DNA of 54,319 nt from Phoronis australis. Its lineage: Eukaryota > Animalia > Phoronida. A program made the translations under genes and the position numbers. Positions 39,701 to 51,700 of this stretch are shown in pieces (position 1 is the stretch's first letter; each line of letters opens with the position of its first letter). Under the pieces are notes generated by a model, which ran no database searches, was not told the DNA's origin, and saw nothing but the letters and a program-made list of their open reading frames with translations. The DNA lies in NCBI GenBank assembly GCA_002633005.1, contig NMRA01001104.1:1-54319 (forward strand), read 5' to 3'.

Positions 39701-42700
39701 TTTTACAGGTGATTTTAAAACGTTGAAGTAAGAACAGAACATGGTGTAGACGTCGACTGTCAGAAATTACTGAGCGCCTCCATAACTTCACAGTGACCCC
39801 TCCATGTTGTGTTTATACATCGGTTTAACGGCTTCCTGTTTAATGTAAAGTTGCAATGTTGAATGGATGATTACCATTAAGAATAGAAAAATATCAACGT
39901 TAAGTCGCCAAATATATTGTTGACACGATTCAAACCTCACTGTTTCTGAAGATGCATGTACGGGGTACAGATTGAAAAATACATGTCTAAATCATGAGAA
40001 ATAAAAAGTGTATTTACACACAACATGTTTAGTTAAACTTCAGATAGTCTACAGCTTTGTAACAAAGATAACATTGTCTTAATTATAAAATCGTCTCAAG
40101 TAGTTTCTATTACCCAGTCTTGCTTGTTGATATTAGCGCCTGCTTCACACAAAACACGCGCCACCTCTGTATGTCCCTCCACTGCTGCACAGTGTAGTGC
40201 TGTGTCGCGGCCCTGCAGAAACAATGAACAAGTTATAGCAAACTTCACAATCATTAACGTCACCGTGAATCTTAATTACTCATCACGGAAACGTTGAAAT
40301 AACACAATTGTACACGCAATTACTAAATCTACTCTCTGTTTATCATGCAATATATCAGTTGTCTTGTAATAGACCATCATTTATAAAGAACAAGTTTACG
40401 TCGCTTTCGTAGTATGTTTGTTAGTGTCAGAATTAATCCTCAGAGCAAAGACATGGCATGTTCATTAAAAATATGGGCGACTGGTTGTAGCTAGAACAAT
40501 CATTGTTATTGACAATAACATGACCATGATCTTCACATTTAATAATCATTTTTAAGAAATCAATTTCATGAGAGTAAATGGTTTAATTCACTTTTCGTTT
40601 TTAGCCAGATGAACAGGACGAAATTTAATTTGCTGCAAAAATGTTGACACAAAATATGATGTAATAGACATTAATGTGAAAGTCAAATATACTCTATTTG
40701 AAAGCTGCAATTANNNNNNNNNNNNNNNNNNNNNNNNNNNNNNNNNNNNNNNNNNNNNNNNNNNNNNNNNNNNNNNNNNNNNNNNNNNNNNNNNNNNNNN
40801 NNNNNNNNNNNNNNNNNNNNNNNNNNNNNNNNNNNNNNNNNNNNNNNNNNNNNNNNNNNNNNNNNNNNNNNNNNNNNNNNNNNNNNNNNNNNNNNNNNNN
40901 NNNNNNNNNNNNNNNNNNNNNNNNNNNNNNNNNNNNNNNNNNNNNNNNNNNNNNNNNNNNNNNNNNNNNNNNNNNNNNNNNNNNNNNNNNNNNNNNNNNN
41001 NNNNNNNNNNNNNNNNNNNNNNNNNNNNNNNNNNNNNNNNNNNNNNNNNNNNNNNNNNNNNNNNNNNNNNNNNNNNNNNNNNNNNNNNNNNNNNNNNNNN
41101 NNNNNNNNNNNNNNNNNNNNNNNNNNNNNNNNNNNNNNNNNNNNNNNNNNNNNNNNNNNNNNNNNNNNNNNNNNNNNNNNNNNNNNNNNNNNNNNNNNNN
41201 NNNNNNNNNNNNNNNNNNNNNNNNNNNNNNNNNNNNNNNNNNNNNNNNNNNNNNNNNNNNNNNNNNNNNNNNNNNNNNNNNNNNNNNNNNNNNNNNNNNN
41301 NNNNNNNNNNNNNNNNNNNNNNNNNNNNNNNNNNNNNNNNNNNNNNNNNNNNNNNNNNNNNNNNNNNNNNNNNNNNNNNNNNNNNNNNNNNNNNNNNNNN
41401 NNNNNNNNNNNNNNNNNNNNNNNNNNNNNNNNNNNNNNNNNNNNNNNNNNNNNNNNNNNNNNNNNNNNNNNNNNNNNNNNNNNNNNNNNNNNNNNNNNNN
41501 NNNNNNNNNNNNNNNNNNNNNNNNNNNNNNNNNNNNNNNNNNNNNNNNNNNNNNNNNNNNNNNNNNNNNNNNNNNNNNNNNNNNNNNNNNNNNNNNNNNN
41601 NNNNNNNNNNNNNNNNNNNNNNNNNNNNNNNNNNNNNNAAACATCAAAATACGGCCGCACAACCATGACAAGAATGTTGCTAAAGTGTATTTTAAAAACA
41701 GAGTTACGTCGTTCCCGTTAACTAAGACCTATTATTGAACTCAGTCTCGACACGTTAGCATATTGCAATAGTAGTACTGTACAGACCAAAATTCTTATGA
41801 GAGCACGGGTTTTGGCCACTCGTATCAAGTCCATGTATGCAACTTGGAATTCCCAACATAAGCGTACTGAGATTTTTTATATGTAGTACACTTCTCAGCA
41901 TATACCAGGCAATTATGAAGCAACTCATGTGGGTCCGACCATAATTTTGTTGTTGCTCCGAAGACAGTTCTGGGCCATGGCAGAATACGTGATAAAACGT
42001 CACAAAAGTGCGACGTTTACAAAAATTCTGGAACGATCAACTAACCAAAGTTTGTGGTGAAAAAAATAAATTATTTTTTTAAGTAAAATGTCTTGATTGT
42101 TCAATTACATTATCTCAGATAAATTTAGTATCGCATTGCGACGCTGCTTGATCCTGTTGTTTTTGTGCACGGTCGAGGTCCCAGCAGGGGATAATAATTC
42201 GGAATAATAAAGTAACATAATGTTTGAACATGCGTCTCGTTTTTCTTATCGCAAAAGACACAAAGCGAGTAAATTAAAACCCTACGTCTATCAATCGCCA
42301 AACGGTGAACACGACTTCTCTTTCAGCAGGCAAGTTTTGAGTTGGTACATGTAGGTATTTCAACTAACATGTACATCTGTATAAACAAGCAGACGTAAAA
42401 TTGTGAGTGATTATTTTATTTCCTATTCGTAAACACCATGAAAACTTTTTACTCCTAGTGTCATCAATTGACTACGTCACTGATTTTTAAAACTCGCTTG
42501 GAAAAAGTACTGTTCCAATTGAAACGTCAGCTAAAGACAATTAGAAGAGATGTTGCGGGTGGCTAAAATACATGTATTGTGGTTGTTAAGAATGCATAGC
42601 ACAGAAACATGGTACTGCATCATTTCTTGCTTTTAACGTCTTTTGATTTCTTTAAACGGCGATGATTCGTAACAACGACCAAACTAAAATTTGCGCCTAC

Positions 42701-45700
42701 ATGTACAGTATTCCCTACCTTTGAAAGTTTTCGGAACAAGCGCCCACAGCTCTACTAATCGCCATCTTAACTTTTGACAAACTTCAATAAAGCGCCAACA
42801 GCTCTGGCAAGCCCCCACCCGTAATTTCACTCACTGAAATTTATTTTCATAACTGCAAGATGTGTTTAAAATGCGGTAACCCAATCGCGATGTTTCGAGT
42901 CGCACGGTATAATTATGTGTGCAATGATCGAAGGAGACATTGTATTGTATCCTGTTAGCGTCCGCGTGGTTTGAATTTGTCACTTACACAGTCTACAGTG
43001 GGTCACACTCTCATTTTACTTACTGGTAACAAGAAATTCGTTTTCTAAAAGAGCAACTCTTTCATCAACGTTTAAAAGCAAAATCCCGGATTCGTTTTGT
43101 GCCTCCGAAGGTATGGCCTTGCCAAAGCGACATGCATGCTGGGGTCACGTGTTGTTTTGAGGCTAATCTATTTTCAGCATGGTTACATGTACATGTATAC
43201 ATGTACAGTGTATGGCACTTACACAGTGCTGTGGTGGGGCGTAGGCGCACGTCGGCGCAGCCAACCACCTTTAAGCATTTGAACATAGCGCCTACATGTA
43301 TATCCACCGTAAGACACGTTCAGCGCTCAAGGTGATACGATGGGCTTTGGGCGCCTACATGTACTTACCTTTAATTTTACCACTACAGCACTGCACGTGT
43401 ACAGTGTATCCGTGCTAAGGGAGCAAACTCGAATTACCCAATAATTGAAACCCGCACGGAATGGTATTATTTGAAGCGTTTTATTGTATGAAAAGCTTAT
43501 AATCAAAAACGTAAACAGCATTCCGTTCTTAATTGTTTGTGATGACCTACCGTTTGTTTGATAACTGTTTATGTCATCTTAATTTCTGCCCCCAAATCGA
43601 TAGCGGTATATGCACAATACGTCATTCAGCTAGGAAAACGTTTTGCGGATTTTTTTCGACAGCATGTTTTTTAGTCAGTCGAGTCGTACAATTTGAAGAA
43701 CAAACAAATGGAGCAAGATTGCACTCAGAGTAAAAGCATAATGTATATATTTGCTTCTGTAACGATTTTGATTACAGTCACATGGCGGATCAATAATAAA
43801 AGAGTCGTGCGTATCTTTTCAAATATTACTTTCTTCTAGTTTACGATGCATATTTAGTAACTCGAAACGGTTAGAGAGCACTGGCTCAACTTTCACTTAG
43901 GCACCAAAGCTTGCAACAAATTTTCTGAACTCGCGAAAGGATGTGCTGTAGTACGGTAGATATAGAAAACCCTTACGGGAAGGTCAGGCGGCAGGGAATT
44001 ATTTCATTTGCATAGCAACATGCGCATCTAGGGCATTTCAAAAGCGGTCGAGGAAAACCGATACAACAGACATTAAGAACTCAGTTATGCAATCTGAAAA
44101 TTGAGAATACTTAACGCCGAAGGTAAGAGCATTTTATCTAAACATTTTCTCGATGGCCTAAAAATCAATTTGGCGCATAAAAATTGCGGGTAATTTTTGC
44201 GACCTGGAATTCGTGACAGCGAGCTGGGATTTTGACAGTGTTACAAAATGTGGAGGTAAGGCGAGTTATTATTATTTTTTCTTGTGCCATGACCACTATG
44301 TTAAGTACTGTCTAAGGATATAAACTATTGGTTAGATAAACGCATTTCGTAACAATACCGAACAAGTGATACAACAAAAATAAACGCAAACCAAAAACAA
44401 CGCTTTTTGCTCAGACCACATACATGTAGCAAATAATCACCTGCATGTGTATTTAATCAAGCAAAGTTAATCACAAAATGTGACAAAACAACTAAAGCAA
44501 TAAAAATAATTGCTGCAAGTATACCCGTAAGTTTATTGACATATCTTATGTGTTTAACATTAATCTACATAAAATGCAATAATACTATTTTGTGTTTTCA
44601 AAACTCTGGAATACTACCTTTAAGTTTATGTTTAAAAAAGGAAAGTCTAGCTAAGCAAAAATAACATTATACACTAATACTTTCTAAGATTCCGAAGAAC
44701 CAAACAGAGCTACTTTACAGTGTAGTTGATAAAGAAATACTCTCGTAGAAGATATGCTTTAGCCTGCAATAATCTAACCCACACCGGTTTTACAACACGG
44801 AAACTACCCAAAAATATGTTCATCAGTTTCTGTGAAATCAGTACAAATACACTGTAGTACAAAGAGCATAATCGATTACGCCAATTTGAGTAAACACTTG
44901 TAATGAACTTGTGAATCAGTCTACATTGAAAACATTTCATTTGAGTATCTTGAATAACGCAATTATTAGTTTTTTCTAATTTATATTTTCATCAGTCACA
45001 CTAAGCGAAGATTCCGCTTAGTTTCGCAAGAAAGTGGAGTGTATAAAATCATTAATAACACTTTTCTGTGACTTCGTGATAATCTGATTAATACATTAAA
45101 GATGACATTGGAAGTACAAGTAGAATCTGTTGATAAGCAAACGGATCTTTTATTTTTAATACTGTACTTGGAAATACTTTGCTACTGACGATAAGTTTTC
45201 TCGAAGAATAAATCAAACCCACTAAAATGTAGAAACGTTTTGACAACCACGTTTTGTAAAAATAGGTTCGCTCGAGCCCCCCGAGCCTCCCCTGATGCGC
45301 GCATTTGGTGACAAAGTTAACATATTTCGTTAAATTTTGAATCTGTAAGTTTTAACATTTGCCACTTGGGGAATTGTTTGTGAAAATTATATCCCGGAAA
45401 ACATACGTTTCACCATCAACCACGTTTGAATTGACAACTGTGCAAATATTACGCCTGGAAAAAGTGAGTACCCCGTAACAAAACCTAGCGCAAATTTGGT
45501 GGAAATGTTGAACAGAGTGTATAAAACCATAGGCACCTGTGAATGTTAACGTCAAATGACTGAAAGGTACGAAAATTTTCGGCGTTCCTTTATTGTAACG
45601 CAAAATCTGATAAGTTGGCGTGAAGACAGAATTGTGAGCAAATCTGAAAAACCTGCAACAATTTGATAATAAAAGTCTTCCAGGCAACTGCGCTTACGTG

Positions 45701-48700
45701 ATCGATGTTACTTAGAACAGCTCATCCGGAATCTGTGAACCAGGATGACGTCGTTTGTCCTTAACTGCTGGGATTTTCTACAAATCTTCTGTCAAAAACC
45801 TAGCCTGTATTTATTAATACTACGTCAGATAAATATTTATCAGCAGCTTCAGTCGAAATCATCATGACGAAATACGCAAGGTCAAATCGGAATTGTACAC
45901 CTGAAATCTAATCGTTTCATCGTGATTAATGAATGTCCCTTTAAATATTTCAAACAAGTGTTTCACTGTAGCTAACACGTGTGCACGTGAGAACTGCCGT
46001 GCAAAGCGCTGCTTTTTAAAGCGAAGCACGAGTCGTCATTTCAACTCACGGAACGATATAAAAATTAGGGTTTGGATTCTGACTAGACAGAGGTCTTGCA
46101 CAGAAGGTTAATTTAGGTAGAAATGGTTTCAAGGGGCTTATATAAATATGGGTTTTTTGGGGCTTGTTACCCGCTTACATATTAATTTGAAGGTGTTCCC
46201 CGTGCCTTTTTTCCCAATGCTCTCTGTGCAAAACGTTTTACAACCGATATTCACCCTCAGGAACTTTATTCTTCAGCCAATAACCTATTTTGATATTACA
46301 ATCCAACTGTATTTCGTGTTCACCTGGTATTGATGTCCCCTCTGTCCTCTTTATTGTGTTTGTTCCTTACACAAATTTGTTAGAGGTTATTACATGGTGT
46401 TCAGTGGAAATTTGCTATAGCTTCATTTATTTATGTGATTTTTCTTATCAATTTATAGTTGTCTGTCGAACAAGTACTGGTCTGGGATAGGATACTAATA
46501 ACCGCGACCCAGAATCCTGACTGTAGACAAGGGCGTGTGTCAGGTGAGAAAGCACCGACATCGGCAACCGTCGTTCTAAAATTACGTGAAGTTAGCAAAA
46601 AGTTGGACCGGTATTTACTATGGAGGACGTAGCAGATGGTTTAAAAACTGTGAAATATGAAAAACTTCCCTGGTTAGATGGATTTCCAATAGATGTTTTT
46701 TTTTCTGAAAATCATTGCTAACTATGTTACAGAGAACTGCTAACTACACCTGTAGTTGAAACAAACGACCCACTCAATTACAGGGTCAAGATACTGTATA
46801 AACGCGCTAATTTCTGAGAAGAAAAACACTCGTTATAAGCTAAAGAATTGGAAACTCTTCTTTTTGCTTAATGCATGTTTTTCAGGTGTTGTTGACGATC
46901 GAGTTAAAATGCATTTACTCCCTGATATTCAAAAGGTCTATTTGGCGGGACGTTAAATCGGAGAATATACATGCCTTCCTTGGACTACTGCTTCCAAGCT
47001 TTTTCATGCGCGCACCCAGCCTTTAATATGGAGGATGTGGACCTTTTACATACCAAAAAGCCGAAGGACTAAAAAAACGGGGTACCACGTCCAGAGATGT
47101 GAATTGTACGTTTGTGCCTTTTTAGTGGACTTTTTGTCTCATTTTCTCGGACTTTTTGTTTCTCTGAGGCGGACCTTTTAGTCCACTTCGCCAAATGGGG
47201 GGCTCACTCCCGTTGGGTGCGCGCATGAATTTTATGACAAAAATAATTCTTTTTCACTAACTTTGCAAAATATACTAGAAGTTGGTTTGAAGCACTATTA
47301 GAGAATTCAAATCTTGTTATAATGCAATGTTATATATTTTCTGAACTCTTTTCAACCAACCGCGGTTGTAGACTCTGTCTCCTTATTTTGGTTATATGCA
47401 GAGAGCAGTAGGCATCAGAGCCATCCACATACAACACTGTTGTAGAATATGTTATTCTTGGAATAGAGTTGCTGCAAGAATTGGGGTGCTGTCTAGACGA
47501 TGCTTAAACTGGTGCAACTTGCTGCACTTGTGACATCTTTCTCCAGATACTGTTCAGGAAAAAATCATGATGCAAATGAAACGAATTTGAAAATACGGAG
47601 TGCAAACTGTTGCAATATACTGATGATGTTGCTCTTTTCGAAAGCTAGGAAAGTTCACTCAAGTCATCACTCTCACTAGTCGACCAGTCTGCAAATTTCT
47701 CAGACTTGAACCTCAATTTTGATAAAACTGTCTATGTTCGGTGAAGCTGTATACGGACCTCTAACACTTTGTGTCAAATGAAAACCTGACGCAAGAAGTA
47801 AGCATTTGTTTCTTTTCATATTGGTCTAAAATGCTGCCAGTTGTACACCGTAGTGTTATAGATTTAAGCTTTGGTATTACCAAATTGGTGCGTCTTTTTT
47901 CACTGCATCCATTCTTCGCCTGATTCTGCTTAGAAAGGATTGTCTATGACACGGTGGATTGAAGATGACAATTATCGCATTTTTAAAAATACTTTAAAAC
48001 GTAAGGAACACTTAAATCCACAGTGATCAAGACTTGTGGGCTGAATTAATGTCACATCTCATAATGTACATGTAAGCTAATACTTTTCTTTTTACAAAAT
48101 GTTGAGCCTTATTCCGCCTCAGAGAAACCGTGAACAAATTGTGGAAAGCACGTCAATTCGGTACGTAGAGCACGATGTGCTGCGATTGAAAGTATTATAA
48201 TCACTTTTGATTGCAATTAAGAAGCCAGCCAGTAACGCTAGGACCTCGCAAAAAAGCAAGACTTCGTGAAATTACGCGAGATATGGCCGTGTATTTTAAA
48301 TGAGAACACGTGACTTTTGCTAGATTTTAGCTAGGTCCTAGCGTTACTGAACGCACGCCTGTTTTGAATTAGCAGCAAACATGGTCGCGCCGCACGTCAC
48401 AGTTATTTGCGTGACTTTCCCGTTACCCCCTTTCGTTTGTCATTCTTTGCAGTGTTTCACAGCTGCCGTGTCCCACTGTGTACATGTAAGTATCCAGCTT
48501 ATGCTATGTGGTTGCATTACTGTGTCATTTTACATGTATATCCACTTGCATGAGAATGAAACAAGTACCCCGTATGTTAGGTGTACCTTTTGATTGACCT
48601 ATCGCAAGTTCCGCCCCTTGCGAAATGTCGACAAACAAACAATAAATTTTACCTGGCGACGTGTTGATTGTTGGGTAAAATGGCATCTTGGAAACGAAGG

Positions 48701-51700
48701 TGTTTCAAGAATGCTACATTCTGATTGGTCAGTAGCCGTCACTCAAAACCCTGGGGATAAGTCAATTGCGTCGCTAGGTCAGTTACTTCATCTATGTTCC
48801 GTTGAATGCAGAATTTTATTCCCAACATATGAACGAAGCGGACTAAAGACTGTCAATAACAAAAAAGTGTCGTGTGTTCCAACATGCAGAATCGATTAAA
48901 CATTCATGTAAAAAGTGATTGCTCCGACTATAAAACAAATAAATAATTACACCAATATAAAGATATGCCTCTACTGATCATTGATTTATTCAACAAAATT
49001 CTACTGACAGGAGCCTACCCTTCTATTTGAAACTGCGATTATGGTACCCAATTAGAAAAGAATTCAGAATCACTGCAGTCTTTCTTTAAAAGTGAATAAA
49101 ATGTACAAGAACCTCATTTTCAATAACTTAAAATAAGTAACAAATTTCACTTTGGTTTTATGAGTGAAAGAGTACTACATCTCACCTGTACAAAGTTGTT
49201 CATGAGATACGACAACAATATGAAAAATGGGTTTAATGTTGGATAATTAATCCGCATTTGACAAGGTTTCACAAGATCTCTTCTTGTACAAAGCTGTCTC
49301 TTATCGAATATCGCACTCTCTGCATACCTGACATGTAAATGTATCTATCTAATCGGGTAGTAGACCACTTGTAGGTGAAGTATTTTCTAAACCAGGGTTT
49401 TGTTTATGAAGGGGTACGGAAAACTGGTCTCCCTTTTATTCTCTACATCAATTACAGACTTCCAAAAGCACCCATGACATAGTCAGTGATAGAGCCAAAT
49501 TTTATCCAAATCTCGAAACCATCCCAAGAACCAACAACAACTGAATCTAGGTTAGGCTCAGGACACGTAAGAGGCACACACATGTAAACTTCAAGATTGA
49601 GATAAAGTGTTCGTCTGGGGCACATCCCTCGCAAGAGCAGCAAAACTTCTGCGTTCTTTTTGAATCGCGGCGTAAGTTTGAAGTGTATACGGACATAACG
49701 GTGAGGCTCGTGGTCCGTTACAAATTCAGGCTGTCGGATCTTTCAATTGATAAATTGGAGACGTTAGAACTGTAGGTAAGGGCATTTTTCGCATGTAGTT
49801 CATGGGCTGGGCGCTTACTTTAGCAAAGTCTGAAAACGCGTTGGGGCACTTGTTGAGCCATGGGCGCTAATTAGGGCGAATAGCGGCAGAATTACATACA
49901 GCAGCGTAGTTTAATGCACACAAATTACACGTCGTGCAAACCAGTCGGCCATCCCGTTTACCATCAACAATCCCAGTAGCCTTTGCGCACCCTAATTTCC
50001 GGACATGCGCAATCGTTAAATCGATTCGGTTGCAACTCCGCTATTGTACACTGGCCTACATTATTCGTATTTGAGTCTGGAAGGTGAAATTGTTACCCCA
50101 AAAACACTGGTAAAGACATCTAACCATAATAGAAGATGATGAAATGTCATTTAAACCACACTGACCAGTCCGTGCTCAAAAACAATTCAAATCAACTTAC
50201 TGAAAATTGTACAGTGTATCGCATCTTTAATGCAAGTTTTAAATCGTCTGATACATGTAAGTACATACGATTGAAACGTTTTGACTACGGTGATATACTG
50301 CACCAAGTACATATAGATTGTGCGGGAACTTTTGCCTGAGCTGGACAGACTATATTATCAAGCTTGCAATAATTATTACTGGTGTCATGGAAGGGTCGAA
50401 TATAGTTAAAATCTTAAGTCGTTCAAAATGCAACTGTAATGAAAGTTGCATTTAGGTAATAACACCTCAAGTTCTCAACAAAGTAAATGACATAAGCAAA
50501 ACAAAATTCGAATACCACTCGATCTGGGTAGAGTTCAATAACGCTAGGAACTCGCCAGGCCATTCGCGAGATTACGGCGTGTATTTTAAAAGAGAACACG
50601 TGAGTTTGGATAGTTTTTCGAAGCCCGAGACAGCTACCGATCTCTACCGGGGTCTCTTTCAGCATGCCTTCCTTAGTTCCGCCATCTTACAGTCGAGTCA
50701 CTCGTAAATCCACAATAACCAAAGCATAGATATATGTCACACCCTCCCAATATACACACGGAATTTAGAAATTATATATCATTATTAAATTCATTTTATA
50801 CAATACTTTTTCTTAAAGAATAAAGTCTTTCTTCCTATAGTCCTATACCGCCGCACAATAACAAAGGAAATATGTCAACAGATTCAGGTCAAGATTATTG
50901 TTGAACTCTAAAAAAGTCGGACCGACTTTTCAAAAACTGTCTCTCCGGTGCAACTGTGGTCTGCCCAAATCGGCCAGTCTCTAATTGTTTGCACTATCAT
51001 CGATCGTTTTCGGGATCCTTCTGGCGGACCCTGGAGACAGTCGACGATATTGCAGGAAAAATTAATAGCATTCCATGGAAAATTTATTTTTTGATCACTG
51101 ATTCTCATGACTATCCCAATAGCGTCTACAAAGTGCTTCTTAATAAAGTTGCCAGCATTTCCATACTAAACTGTCTTTATACGATAACTTGATTATATTT
51201 TTTCTCACCGACATACTACCGTAAATCAAGAAAGACATCTGCCATATTTACAACTTTTGCAGCTAAATGTGAATATTTTGTTATTACTGTTGTAATGTTA
51301 CTACGATGTTCACCTGTTGCTTTGGTTAACAGTATAGAGTGTTGATATAGAAATATTCAACAGAAAACCAGGAAAGCAATGCCATCCTGATGAAACGTGC
51401 AACAATGGTCGTTTCTTTAAAAAGGTGCACTTCAATCCAATGATGATCATACGAGCGTTTATGTGTGAATACTCACCCACGGATTAAGTTCTTGGTCCAC
51501 ATCCCACCCACGTTTTATATATTTCACAAGTTTAGAACAATTGCCATTGCTTGCAGCTGCTTCAACCTGAAAATAATAACAAAAAAAGATTTTAAATCAC
51601 ATAGTCTACATTCACTACCAGCATGGAATCATCCTTACAAGCAGAGAGCTTTCAAAGATGATATGAACAGTCCGGGAGGGCTTGGGTTGTTCATGGATCT

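Noticed and set aside
40676-41738. Long ORFs spanning N runs (also 13917-14402 and 53396-54315)
   Set aside because: Artefacts of assembly gaps.
41755-42003. Minus-strand ORF with faint ankyrin-like words (YGRT, DTSGQNP)
   Set aside because: No TPLH core, wrong spacing and no clean splice sites.
42719-42765. Alternative first exon on the minus strand (MAISRAVGACSENFQR, donor GTAGGG)
   Set aside because: It ends in phase 2, incompatible with the phase-0 ankyrin exons unless an exon lies in the gap; no other support.
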